Below, one piece after another: positions 9,837-17,029 of a stretch of DNA of 32,000 bases; positions within the stretch are counted from its first letter, which is position 1; the number at the start of each line of letters is the position of its first letter. Origin of the DNA: Bifidobacterium longum subsp. longum JCM 1217 (GTDB lineage Bacteria; Actinomycetota; Actinomycetes; Actinomycetales; Bifidobacteriaceae); contig NC_015067.1 in NCBI RefSeq assembly GCF_000196555.1, positions 660,001 to 692,000 on the forward strand. Reading direction: 5' to 3'. Below the pieces are notes generated by a model. It had not been told where the DNA came from and ran no database searches. It saw nothing but the letters and a program-made list of their open reading frames with translations. A program made the position numbers and the translations under genes.

Positions 9837-10901
9837 ATGAGAGAGTTCTGTACAAAATGGTGGAAGCGCATTGCCACCGTTGACATGCTGTTCATTGGTG
9901 TTCTGACTCTGCTGGCCTCGCTGTTCGCCTCCTGGCTCAAGCAGTTCCCCGGATTCAGCCTGTTCGGCGCGCTCATCATCGCGCTGCTCATCGGTATGAT
10001 CATCCAGTTCCCGATCCGCAGTGCCTACGTCGGTTCCAATGATGGCCGCAAGGCAGGCGTCAAGGACGCCGCTGGCCTGATTTCCAACAAGCTGCTGCGC
10101 CTCGGCATCATCCTGCTCGGTTTCAAGCTCAACCTCGCCGTGCTGTTCACGCAGGGCATCAAGTGTCTGCCGATCGCCGCTGTGGTCGTTACGCTGACCA
10201 TCATCGTGTGCTATGCCATCGCCCGCAAACTCGGTGTCGACCCGATGCTCGCCATCCTGACCGCCGGTGGCACCGGCATCTGCGGTGCGGCCGCCGTCAT
10301 GGGCCTGGCCGGTTCCATCAAGGTGCCTGAGGACAAGCAGGACGAGAAGGACAACGACGTGACCATGGCCGTGGCCATCGTAGCCATTATGGGTACTGTG
10401 TTCGCGTTGCTGGAGATCGCGCTCGGCCCGCTGACCGGCATGACCAAGGACCAGCTGGGCATCACCGCCGGTGCTTCCCTGCACGAAATCGCCCACGCGG
10501 TCGCGGGCGGCGACGCGTTCGGCGCGGTGGACATCGCCACCATCATGAAGCTTTCCCGCGTGCTCATGCTTGTGTTCGCGGCCATCATCATCGCCATCTG
10601 GTGGGAGAAGAAGCATTCCGAGGTTCAGAGCACCGGCAAGAAGACCGTGGCCTTCCCGTGGTTCATGCTCGGCTTCATCGGCGCTTCGATTATCGGCACC
10701 TTCGTACCGTTCGTCACCTCCATCACCCCGCAGCTCGTGGACTTTGCGTACATCGTGCTCGGCATGGCCATGGCCGCGCTCGGCATCAACGTGAACTTCA
10801 AGGCCATCGCTTCCAAGGGCAAGAAGCCGATGCTCGCCAGCTTCCTGACATCGATTCTGCTCATGTGCTTCGCTGCAGGTGTTGCGATGCTGTTCTTCTG
10901 A
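9837..10901 (+). CDS. YeiH/UPF0324 family membrane protein (putative sulfate exporter family)
   Basis: 354-aa polytopic protein with GICGAAAV and ASLHEIAHAVA motifs typical of the family. The adjacent LysR gene mirrors the E. coli yeiE-yeiH pairing. The start may be an internal Met. Confidence 0.75.
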   Translation: MREFCTKWWKRIATVDMLFIGVLTLLASLFASWLKQFPGFSLFGALIIALLIGMIIQFPIRSAYVGSNDGRKAGVKDAAGLISNKLLRLGIILLGFKLNLAVLFTQGIKCLPIAAVVVTLTIIVCYAIARKLGVDPMLAILTAGGTGICGAAAVMGLAGSIKVPEDKQDEKDNDVTMAVAIVAIMGTVFALLEIALGPLTGMTKDQLGITAGASLHEIAHAVAGGDAFGAVDIATIMKLSRVLMLVFAAIIIAIWWEKKHSEVQSTGKKTVAFPWFMLGFIGASIIGTFVPFVTSITPQLVDFAYIVLGMAMAALGINVNFKAIASKGKKPMLASFLTSILLMCFAAGVAMLFF

Positions 10902-10957
10902 TAAGCGCTCCAAATACAAATAGGCGAAGGCGAACGACAGTGAGCAATTGGAATGTG

Positions 10958-11443
10958 TCACCTAAAAATCACGTACTTGCACAACGGATAACCCCAGCCG
11001 AACTGGCAGGCCATCGCAATGAACTTCACCACATATGGACTCAGCCCGGTCGCACCCGGCATCCAGCCGATCAGCAGCGTGCTGAACGTGAAGTTCCAGA
11101 TCCACAGCAGCACGAACAGCGCCACGGAACGGGTGAAGTTGCTGGACGATTTGAATGTCACGTTGCGGTTCATCACGAAGTTGTAGGTCGCCGAACACAC
11201 CACGGCGATGCCGTTGGCGATCTGTGAGGGTACGCCGATCAAGTGCAGAATGGCGAACGTCGCATACTCCACAATGGTCTGCGTGGCGGAAACACCCACA
11301 TACTTGCCCAGCACGGCGAGTCCATTTTGCTTCGGGGTTGCCGTGCCCACGGTATTTTCCGCAGTATTCGTTGTGGTCGAGGTATTTGCGGCGCCCACAC
11401 CTTGATTCGGCTTCACATCCGCTCCATTGTTCGCCATGCCCAT
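10958..11443 (-). CDS. GtrA-like membrane protein with a low-complexity N-terminus
   Basis: The C-terminal 120 aa (KYVGVSATQTIVEYATFAILH...ATYNFVMNRNVTFKSS...KFIAMACQFGWGYPLCKYVIFR) fit the GtrA family. The start is placed at ATG 11443 or 11437, downstream of GGGAGG. The upstream part of the 243-aa track ORF overlaps crcB and is rejected. Confidence 0.7.
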   Translation of the reverse strand: MGMANNGADVKPNQGVGAANTSTTTNTAENTVGTATPKQNGLAVLGKYVGVSATQTIVEYATFAILHLIGVPSQIANGIAVVCSATYNFVMNRNVTFKSSSNFTRSVALFVLLWIWNFTFSTLLIGWMPGATGLSPYVVKFIAMACQFGWGYPLCKYVIFR

Positions 11444-11517
11444 ATACCTCCCGGATGTACCTGTGACGTTCGACCTCGCAATGATACCGCTGACCGCGTC
11501 GGGAATCGGCGTGGCGG

Positions 11518-11886
11518 TCAGACGAGAAAACCGCAGGCCGCAGCAACGACCGGCACACCCAGCGACAGCACCAGATAGGCCGCTGCGGTGGGGTAGCGGT
11601 GTTTGCGGAAGAGCGTCACCATTTCGTTGATTGCGGTCGAGAACGTGGAGAAGCCGCCGAGGAAACCGGTGGCCAGCACTAGCCGCCATGGTTCATCAAG
11701 TGTCCCGCCGAGTGCCAGCGCCGCGACCAAACCGGCTAGGAATCCGGCGATGAGATTGATGGTGAACGTGGAAAGTGGGAATGCGCGCTGCCAGTACGTT
11801 TTGATGGTCACGTCAAGCAGATAGCGGCAGGAGGCGCCTACGCCGCCGCACAGGCAGACCAAGATTGGTAGGAATACGGTCATCAC
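11518..11886 (-). CDS. crcB: fluoride channel CrcB/Fluc, second paralog
   Basis: 122 aa, four-TM pattern with GGVGASCRY...TFTINLIAGFLAG...GFLGGFSTFST. Its start overlaps the upstream crcB stop (ATGA at 11883-11886). Confidence 0.9.
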   Translation of the reverse strand: MMTVFLPILVCLCGGVGASCRYLLDVTIKTYWQRAFPLSTFTINLIAGFLAGLVAALALGGTLDEPWRLVLATGFLGGFSTFSTAINEMVTLFRKHRYPTAAAYLVLSLGVPVVAAACGFLV

Positions 11887-12419
11887 GCCTTACCTCCCTT
11901 GCTGGTCGTAGCGGCATTCGTATCAGCGGACGCTTCGGCGGATACGTTCGAGGAGCCGGCCAGATGCGTTCCTGCCCACACGCCGGCAGACGCACAAACC
12001 AGACCCAGCGCGAACGTCACCAGTAGATAGGCAATGCCGGCCGCCACCTGACCGTCGCGGATTGCGGTAAAACCTTCCAGCGCGAGTGTCGACATCGTAG
12101 ACAAACCACCGCATACGCCCATGCCGAGTCCGCGACTGGCAAGTTCTTTGGAACGTGCGCCGAACCGGGAAGCGCCGGCCAAGTAAGCGGTCAACCCTGC
12201 ATAGCAGAAGCAAGCCAGCATGTTGGCCACAAACGTGCCGGTATGGAAGCTGCCAGCCGCGGGAATCTGTGCGAACGCATAGCGGATAGCGGTGCCGATC
12301 GCACCGCCGCAGAAGACGACCAACACAATATCAAGATGAATATCGGGGAGCTTGCGCGCCGGGGGAGTGGTCGTGTGCGTAATCGGCCGGGCACCTGCGG
12401 ATGGGGATTGCGAATCCAT
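11883..12419 (-). CDS. crcB: fluoride channel CrcB/Fluc, first paralog, with N- and C-terminal extensions
   Basis: Core FCGGAIGTAIRY...GTFVANMLACF...GVCGGLSTMST. The start is taken at ATG 12419 (MDSQSP...), preceded by GGAAAGG. The track start at 12470 lies inside the riboswitch expression platform. Confidence 0.85.
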   Translation of the reverse strand: MDSQSPSAGARPITHTTTPPARKLPDIHLDIVLVVFCGGAIGTAIRYAFAQIPAAGSFHTGTFVANMLACFCYAGLTAYLAGASRFGARSKELASRGLGMGVCGGLSTMSTLALEGFTAIRDGQVAAGIAYLLVTFALGLVCASAGVWAGTHLAGSSNVSAEASADTNAATTSKGGKA

Positions 12420-12455
12420 AATAGCCTTTCCTGAAACCGCTGAATCCTGCTGAAG

Positions 12456-12489
12456 ACACAACGATTTCATGCAATATCAAATCGTGTGT
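12456..12489 (-). promoter_or_regulatory. expression-platform hairpin of the fluoride riboswitch
   Basis: On the minus strand ACACACGAUUU pairs with AAAUCGUUGUGU (one bulged U). Its 5' arm overlaps the 3' end (CCUACACAC) of the aptamer. Confidence 0.5.
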
Positions 12490-12546
12490 AGGAACTATCA
12501 GCAGTGTGCGGTTCGAAACGAGTTCAGGCGGGTTCCATCGCCGGTT
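12486..12546 (-). promoter_or_regulatory. fluoride riboswitch (crcB RNA motif) aptamer
   Basis: The minus strand reads GGCGAUGGAACCCGCCUGAACUCGUUUCGAACCGCACACUGCUGAUAGUUCCUAC. This gives P1 GGCG/CGCC, pseudoknot GGAAC/GUUCC, conserved GAUGG, AAC, CUGAU and CCUAC. It lies directly upstream of two crcB genes. Compare the T. petrophila aptamer GGGCGAUGAGGCCCGCCCAAACUGCCCUGAAAAGGGCUGAUGGCCUCUAC. Confidence 0.8.
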
Positions 12547-12822
12547 CCTTAGCCTACTCGTGGCGGCGACAACAAACGGCAGCAGTATCTCGGATATTGG
12601 CCTATCGCGGTGGATTTCGGCAAGAGACTTCTGCAATGCCGATGAACTTGGTTGCCGTGAGGCGATAAAGCACGTAGATGAATTGCTTGGTTGCTTCCAT
12701 ACCTCGTGGGTATGGCTCAACATGGTTTATGGCTATTGGCTAATACAGATCGATTGTCGTTTAATGGAACATGAGGATAACGGGCCCTAATCGCTCGGTG
12801 CCGGAAACAAGGAGTTGTGAAT

Positions 12823-13866
12823 ATGTCTGAAACCATGAAAGCCGCGATTTTCGTTGAGCCTGGCAAGATGACCGTGGAAGAAGTGCCAAAGGCGGCACTT
12901 CAGCAGGATGATGACATCGTGATTCGCATGGTGCGCACCTGTGTATGCGGCTCTGATTTGTGGTTCTTCCGTGGGCTGAGCGGACAGGCCGCACACAGTC
13001 AGGTGGGCCACGAAGCCATTGGCGTGGTCGAGGAGACTGGCGCGGCGGTCGAATCCGTTAAGCCAGGTGATTTCGTGGTCGTGCCATTCCCGTACAGCTG
13101 CGGCAAGTGCCCGGTATGCAAGGCCGGCTTCGAATCCGTGTGCCCGCACGGGGGCTACTTCTCCGCTTGTCAGGCCGAATACCTGCGTGTGCCCGAGGCG
13201 GACGGCACCGTGGTCAAGGTGCCCGGTTCACCGGAAGATTATTCCGATGAACAGCTCGCATCGCTGCTGACCATTTCCGATGTGATGTCCACCGGTTATC
13301 ACGCGGCGGTTTCTGCCGAGGTCAAGCCCGGTGACACAGCCGTGGTCATGGGCGATGGTGCAGTCGGCCTGTGCGGTGTGATTGCCGCCAAGATGCGTGG
13401 TGCCACGCGCATTATTGCCATGAGCCGTCACGAGGATCGCGCGGCGCTCGCCCGCGAATTCGGTGCGACTGATATCGTGCCCGAGCGTGGCCAAGAGGCT
13501 ATTGACAAGGTGCTGGAGATGACCGGTGGCTATGGTGCGGACGCGGTGCTCGAATGCGTGGGCTCCAAGCAGTCCTTCGACACGGCGATTGGCCTGATTC
13601 GCCGCGGTGGCGTGATTGGTCGTGTGGGTCTGCCGCACGACGTGGAGATCAGCGCCGAAGGCACGTTCTACGGCAACATCGGCATCAAGGGCGGCCCGGC
13701 TCCCGTGCGCCACTACGATATTGACGGTGGTCTGCTGGATGCGGTGCTTAAAGGCGAGATTAACCCTGGCCGCGTGTTCACCGCCGAATATGACCTCGAC
13801 CATATTCAGGACGCTTATGAGGCCATGGACCAGCGCAAAGTTATTAAGGCGTTGATCCGGTTCTAA
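12823..13866 (+). CDS. zinc-dependent alcohol dehydrogenase family (MDR) oxidoreductase
   Basis: CGSDLW, GHEAIGVVEETG, a CGKCPVCKAG structural-Zn loop and a GDGAVGL Rossmann motif. ATG 12823 lies 8 nt after AAGGAG and is preferred over the track GTG at 12817. Confidence 0.88.
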   Translation: MSETMKAAIFVEPGKMTVEEVPKAALQQDDDIVIRMVRTCVCGSDLWFFRGLSGQAAHSQVGHEAIGVVEETGAAVESVKPGDFVVVPFPYSCGKCPVCKAGFESVCPHGGYFSACQAEYLRVPEADGTVVKVPGSPEDYSDEQLASLLTISDVMSTGYHAAVSAEVKPGDTAVVMGDGAVGLCGVIAAKMRGATRIIAMSRHEDRAALAREFGATDIVPERGQEAIDKVLEMTGGYGADAVLECVGSKQSFDTAIGLIRRGGVIGRVGLPHDVEISAEGTFYGNIGIKGGPAPVRHYDIDGGLLDAVLKGEINPGRVFTAEYDLDHIQDAYEAMDQRKVIKALIRF

Positions 13867-13907
13867 TCGCGTGGTGTGACGGGGTTTACCGCAGTGGTAT
13901 TTAACGC

Positions 13908-13948
13908 CCGTATGTATGCGTCCCCTTTGTAGGGCCGCATACATACGG
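13908..13948. other. 13-bp perfect hairpin downstream of the dehydrogenase gene
   Basis: ccgtatgtatgcg / cgcatacatacgg with a 15-nt loop that can pair further (cccc..ggg). No U-tract. It is flanked by an imperfect direct repeat, GTGACGGGGTTTACCGC (13876-13892) and CTGACGCGGTTTACGC (13963-13978). Confidence 0.6.
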
Positions 13949-14104
13949 ACGTTGTGATGTGTCTGACGCGGTTTACGCTGAACGATTGTGGTGACGCAAA
14001 CCGGTCACCTGTTACTCGGCGAGCAGTGCCTTGTACTGTGCAGCGGACTGGGCGAGGGCCTCGTCGGTGATGCCGAAAGCGCCGCACGTGGCGAACGGCT
14101 TGAG

Positions 14105-14428
14105 TCAGGTCGCGCCGATGTATAAGCCGTGCCCTCGATCGGAATAAGCAGCTGCTCGATGGGGTAGTGGCCGGGGTGCCGGTCTGGTAGGCCGATTCCG
14201 GCGAACCGGTGGACACTGCGCATCGCGTCGGGAACCGTGGCCAAGGCGTACACCGAACTCGCCGACTGCGGCATCATCGACACCGGTGCCGGCCGCGCGG
14301 CGCGTGTAAAACGGGTCAAGCCGATTCCCGAACCGCTGGTGCGCGCGGCCAAGACCTATGCCGACGAGGCCCGCCGGCTTGGCGCGAGCCTCGATGACGC
14401 CTTCAACGCCCTGTGCGCGCAGTGGTAA
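14105..14428 (+). pseudogene. GntR-family regulator remnant with at least two frameshifts
   Basis: The intact 3' part (track ORF 14237-14428) reads (TV)AKAYTELADCGIIDTGAGRAARV...AAKTYADEARRLGASLDDAFNAL. Upstream, HTH-like pieces sit in two other frames (PMYKP; LDRNKQLLDGVVAG; RPIPANRWTLRIASGTV). Together they follow the GntR wHTH order. Confidence 0.45.
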
Positions 14429-14448
14429 AGCGCGCACCGATGCGAAGC

Positions 14449-15828
14449 CTACACGGGGTGCACCGTCAGCGAAAAGTCGCCGATGGTGCTGACGGTCGAG
14501 GGTGAGGCCAGATTGCAGACATCTCGCAAGCAGTACGTGGCATACAGCGGAAGATAGGTTGTTCCGCCGTCCTGCGCAATATTGGAGCGGGACAGCACCA
14601 CGCCCTGCGAGATGCGATATTCGGCATTGGCCAATACGGCGTCGATGGCGGCGTGCGTGCGGTAGCTGCGCCCCGACTTGACCTCGAACGGCATCACAGA
14701 ATCGGCGTTCGTGTCAGCGATGAAATCGACTTCACCATGTTTCTTTGCCATGTAGTAATACAGCGGAATGCCTTGCGCCGTCAGCTCCTGAGCAATCACG
14801 TTCTCGTAGATGGCACCCAGATTCGGTGAGGAATCATCAAGGTATGCGGCTTGCGCGGTCGGTTGCGGGTATCGTGCCATGAGCATACCGGTATCAGACT
14901 GGTACAGTTTGAACTTCGGTGATTGCGCCGTGCGTTTCAATGGTGTTTTCGGCTCGGTGACGCAGTTGGTTTTCAATGCCACACCCGCATCGACAAGCCA
15001 AAGAAAATCCTTCTGATTGCGGTCGTACCGAGCACCGGGGCTGATGGAGGAGACGGCGAATCTGCCGTTACCGTCAATCAGCTGAGTGGGGAGCTGGTCG
15101 AAGATCTCCTGCACCTGCAATGCGCGATTGCCTGCGTACTGCGAAATATCGTGGCGATATTGCCGGTTCAACTCGTTCTGTACCGCGCGCACAGCCGCCA
15201 AATCACCCTTGGTGTCCAGAAAACGTTGCACGACTTCCGGCATGCCGCCGACTACCAGATAGGTGCGGAAGTTCGTCATCATTGCATCGTGAATGTACCG
15301 GTCGATTGGCGTGACCGACCGGCAGGATTCTCGGATGTTTTCAAGTGTCGACTTCTGTACGCCGATGGCCCAACAGAATTCCTCAAAATCCATGGGACGC
15401 ATGGTTTTTTCGATGACCGAGCCAACGGGGTAGGAGCGTACGCCCTTGAACTCAGTGCCGAGCATGGAACCGGAGAACACATAATCGAAACGGCCATCGG
15501 CCACCAGAAACTTGACCATGGTCATCACATCCGGTGCCTCTTGCACCTCGTCGATGAAAATCAACGTATCACCGGGAATGAGCGTTGAAGGTGAGAACAA
15601 GGTAAGGCGGCTGATGAACTCCTGCACGTCGTTCGCCGATGCGAGCGCTCGGGCCGCCTGCTTGTTCTCGTACAGGTTGATTTCAAGGTAATGGGCGTAT
15701 TCGTGCTTGGCGAACTCGCGTACCGCGTAGCTCTTGCCGATCTGGCGAGCGCCGGTCAGCAGCAGTGCTTTGCCGGTACCGCTCCGCTTCCATTCCAGCA
15801 GATCGTCCGAGATTTTGCGCTCAAGCAT
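14449..15828 (-). CDS. AAA-family ATPase with a DUF4143-type C-terminal domain
   Basis: 459 aa with Walker A LLLTGARQIGKS and Walker B LIFIDEVQ, then the DUF4143-like region (GGMPEVV...YRHDISQYA...KFKLYQSDTGML...GEVDFI). AAGGAG lies 5 nt before ATG 15828. Confidence 0.85.
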   Translation of the reverse strand: MLERKISDDLLEWKRSGTGKALLLTGARQIGKSYAVREFAKHEYAHYLEINLYENKQAARALASANDVQEFISRLTLFSPSTLIPGDTLIFIDEVQEAPDVMTMVKFLVADGRFDYVFSGSMLGTEFKGVRSYPVGSVIEKTMRPMDFEEFCWAIGVQKSTLENIRESCRSVTPIDRYIHDAMMTNFRTYLVVGGMPEVVQRFLDTKGDLAAVRAVQNELNRQYRHDISQYAGNRALQVQEIFDQLPTQLIDGNGRFAVSSISPGARYDRNQKDFLWLVDAGVALKTNCVTEPKTPLKRTAQSPKFKLYQSDTGMLMARYPQPTAQAAYLDDSSPNLGAIYENVIAQELTAQGIPLYYYMAKKHGEVDFIADTNADSVMPFEVKSGRSYRTHAAIDAVLANAEYRISQGVVLSRSNIAQDGGTTYLPLYATYCLRDVCNLASPSTVSTIGDFSLTVHPV

Positions 15829-15854
15829 GGCAGCTCCTTTCCGAATCCCTTATG

Positions 15855-15884
15855 AGGGTAGCATTTTCTGCCTTGTATGTGCAA
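15855..15884 (-). promoter_or_regulatory. putative promoter of the ATPase gene (-35 TTGCAC, 18-nt spacer, -10 TACCCT)
   Basis: On the minus strand TTGCAC is the complement of 15879-15884 and lies inside repeat unit 1. TACCCT is the complement of 15855-15860 and fits the actinobacterial TAnnnT form. By-eye call only. Confidence 0.3.
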
Positions 15885-15972
15885 AATGCCGCATTTCAAA
15901 ATGGGGCTTTGGTGCAAAATGCCGCATTTTAAAGTAGGGTTTTGGTGCAAAATGCCGTGTAAATGGTGAATT
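15878..15972. repeat. three tandem 33-bp repeats, each with the palindromic core AAAATGC-C-GCATTTT (third unit degenerate)
   Basis: Unit 1 (15878-15910) is tgtgcaaaatgccgcatttcaaaatggggcttt. Unit 2 (15911-15943) is ggtgcaaaatgccgcattttaaagtagggtttt; I counted 28/33 identical. Unit 3 (15944-15972) is ggtgcaaaatgccgtgtaaatggtgaatt. Confidence 0.9.
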
Positions 15973-16091
15973 GGACGTGCTTGTAAGGGGAGCTGGATGA
16001 TCGTGCGGCTGGATGACCTTGTAACTAAATGATTGAACGATTGCGCGGCCGTCGTTTGCGTGGCCGCAAAGTTGTGTGGGCTGTTCGCGAA

Positions 16092-16560
16092 TTATGCGCG
16101 GTCGGCCGTCATGTGCCTGCGCTTGGGGTGCTCGATAAGTAGCGCTCGCTTCTTGGCGTCCTCGGCGGTCGAAGCCGGTACGCCGTCGGAGGAGGCGTCG
16201 ATGATGCGCTGCAGGTAGCCGTATAGGGTGTGCAGCTCGTCGTCATTCAGACAGTCCAGCATAGAGGGGCCTGATCAAAACCAGTTCACGAGGTCCTTTT
16301 TGCTTTAATCCCCGCTGAGAGCGCGTAGCGCCGGAGGATGATCGGATGCCGCGACGCCGAATCAAGATTCAGCCGCTCGCCGACCAGCCCGACCAGCAAG
16401 GAACCGGATTCGCGCATCGGCGGCATGCGCGCTGCTATTCGCGCTGAAACAGCATGGCATGGGTGCGCTGACACCGCGCCGGCGCAAAGGCCATCAGTGA
16501 AACTGGGGAATCGGATTGCAGGTGGCGGACGGTGCCCAAGACGAAAGATTCTCGTCCGGC
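16092..16560 (-). pseudogene. MarR-like regulator remnant split over three frames
   Basis: Three minus-strand pieces follow MarR order. First ...SLMAFAPARCQRTHAMLFQRE* (frame c). Then ARIAARMPPMRESGSLLVGLVGERLNLDSASRHPIILRRYALSAG (track ORF 16286-16474). Then MLDCLNDDELHTLYGYLQRIIDASSDG...* (16092-16262). The similarity is weak and judged by eye. Confidence 0.3.
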
Positions 16561-16651
16561 GTTCAGCCGCTGTCGTTGGCCGTGATGATACTGGAGACCA
16601 TGAAACTCAGGCGGCGGCAGCCAAGGGCGAAGTCGAGAAAGAGGTGACGGC

Positions 16652-17029
16652 GTGACACTTGAACAGAGGTCAGATAGCGCGGCGGCAGGCCACGAGGCAT
16701 GTGACCAGCCGATCAGGAGCCTGGAAATCCTCAACCAATGCGTTCCGCTGTTCGAGACGCTGAAGGATCCGAACCGGCAGCAGTTGCTGGTGCAATTGGT
16801 GTGCCATGGGCCGCAGACGGTGGGGGAGCTGGCCGAATCGTCGGCACTGTCCCGCACGGCCGTGTCCCATCACATCAAACTGCTGGAACAAGCCGGATTC
16901 ATCGAAATCAGCAAAGACGCCACCCGCCGCATTTGCTCGGTGCGTGCGGATCGATGGCTGCCGCTGCTCGATGAACTGTCTTCCGCCCTGAAAGCCGACC
17001 TTGCGGCGGCGGAGCAGTGCCGAGCATGA
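16652..17029 (+). CDS. ArsR/SmtB-family transcriptional regulator
   Basis: LFETLKDPNRQQLLVQLVCHGPQTVGELAESSALSRTAVSHHIKLLEQAGFI is a classic ArsR wHTH. GTG start with AGAGG upstream. The stop overlaps the next gene's start (ATGA at 17026-17029). Confidence 0.88.
   Translation: MTLEQRSDSAAAGHEACDQPIRSLEILNQCVPLFETLKDPNRQQLLVQLVCHGPQTVGELAESSALSRTAVSHHIKLLEQAGFIEISKDATRRICSVRADRWLPLLDELSSALKADLAAAEQCRA

Noticed and set aside
12331-12790. ORFs 12331-12723 (-) and 12506-12790 (+) in the crcB leader region
   Set aside because: They overlap the fluoride riboswitch, its platform and the divergent promoter region. No SD, and the sequences are not protein-like.
13863-14437. Three overlapping minus-strand ORFs of 110-117 aa (13863-14216, 14005-14352, 14105-14437)
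   Set aside because: They are mutually overlapping, R/P/A/G-rich and have no motifs. The region is better explained as eroded plus-strand GntR-like sequence.
15878-15972. Possible CRISPR array, and the small ORFs 15734-15937 (+) and 15756-15950 (-)
   Set aside because: The 33-bp units are contiguous with no spacers, only three in number, and no cas genes are present. The ORFs merely translate the repeats (reiterated GAKCRI.K peptides).
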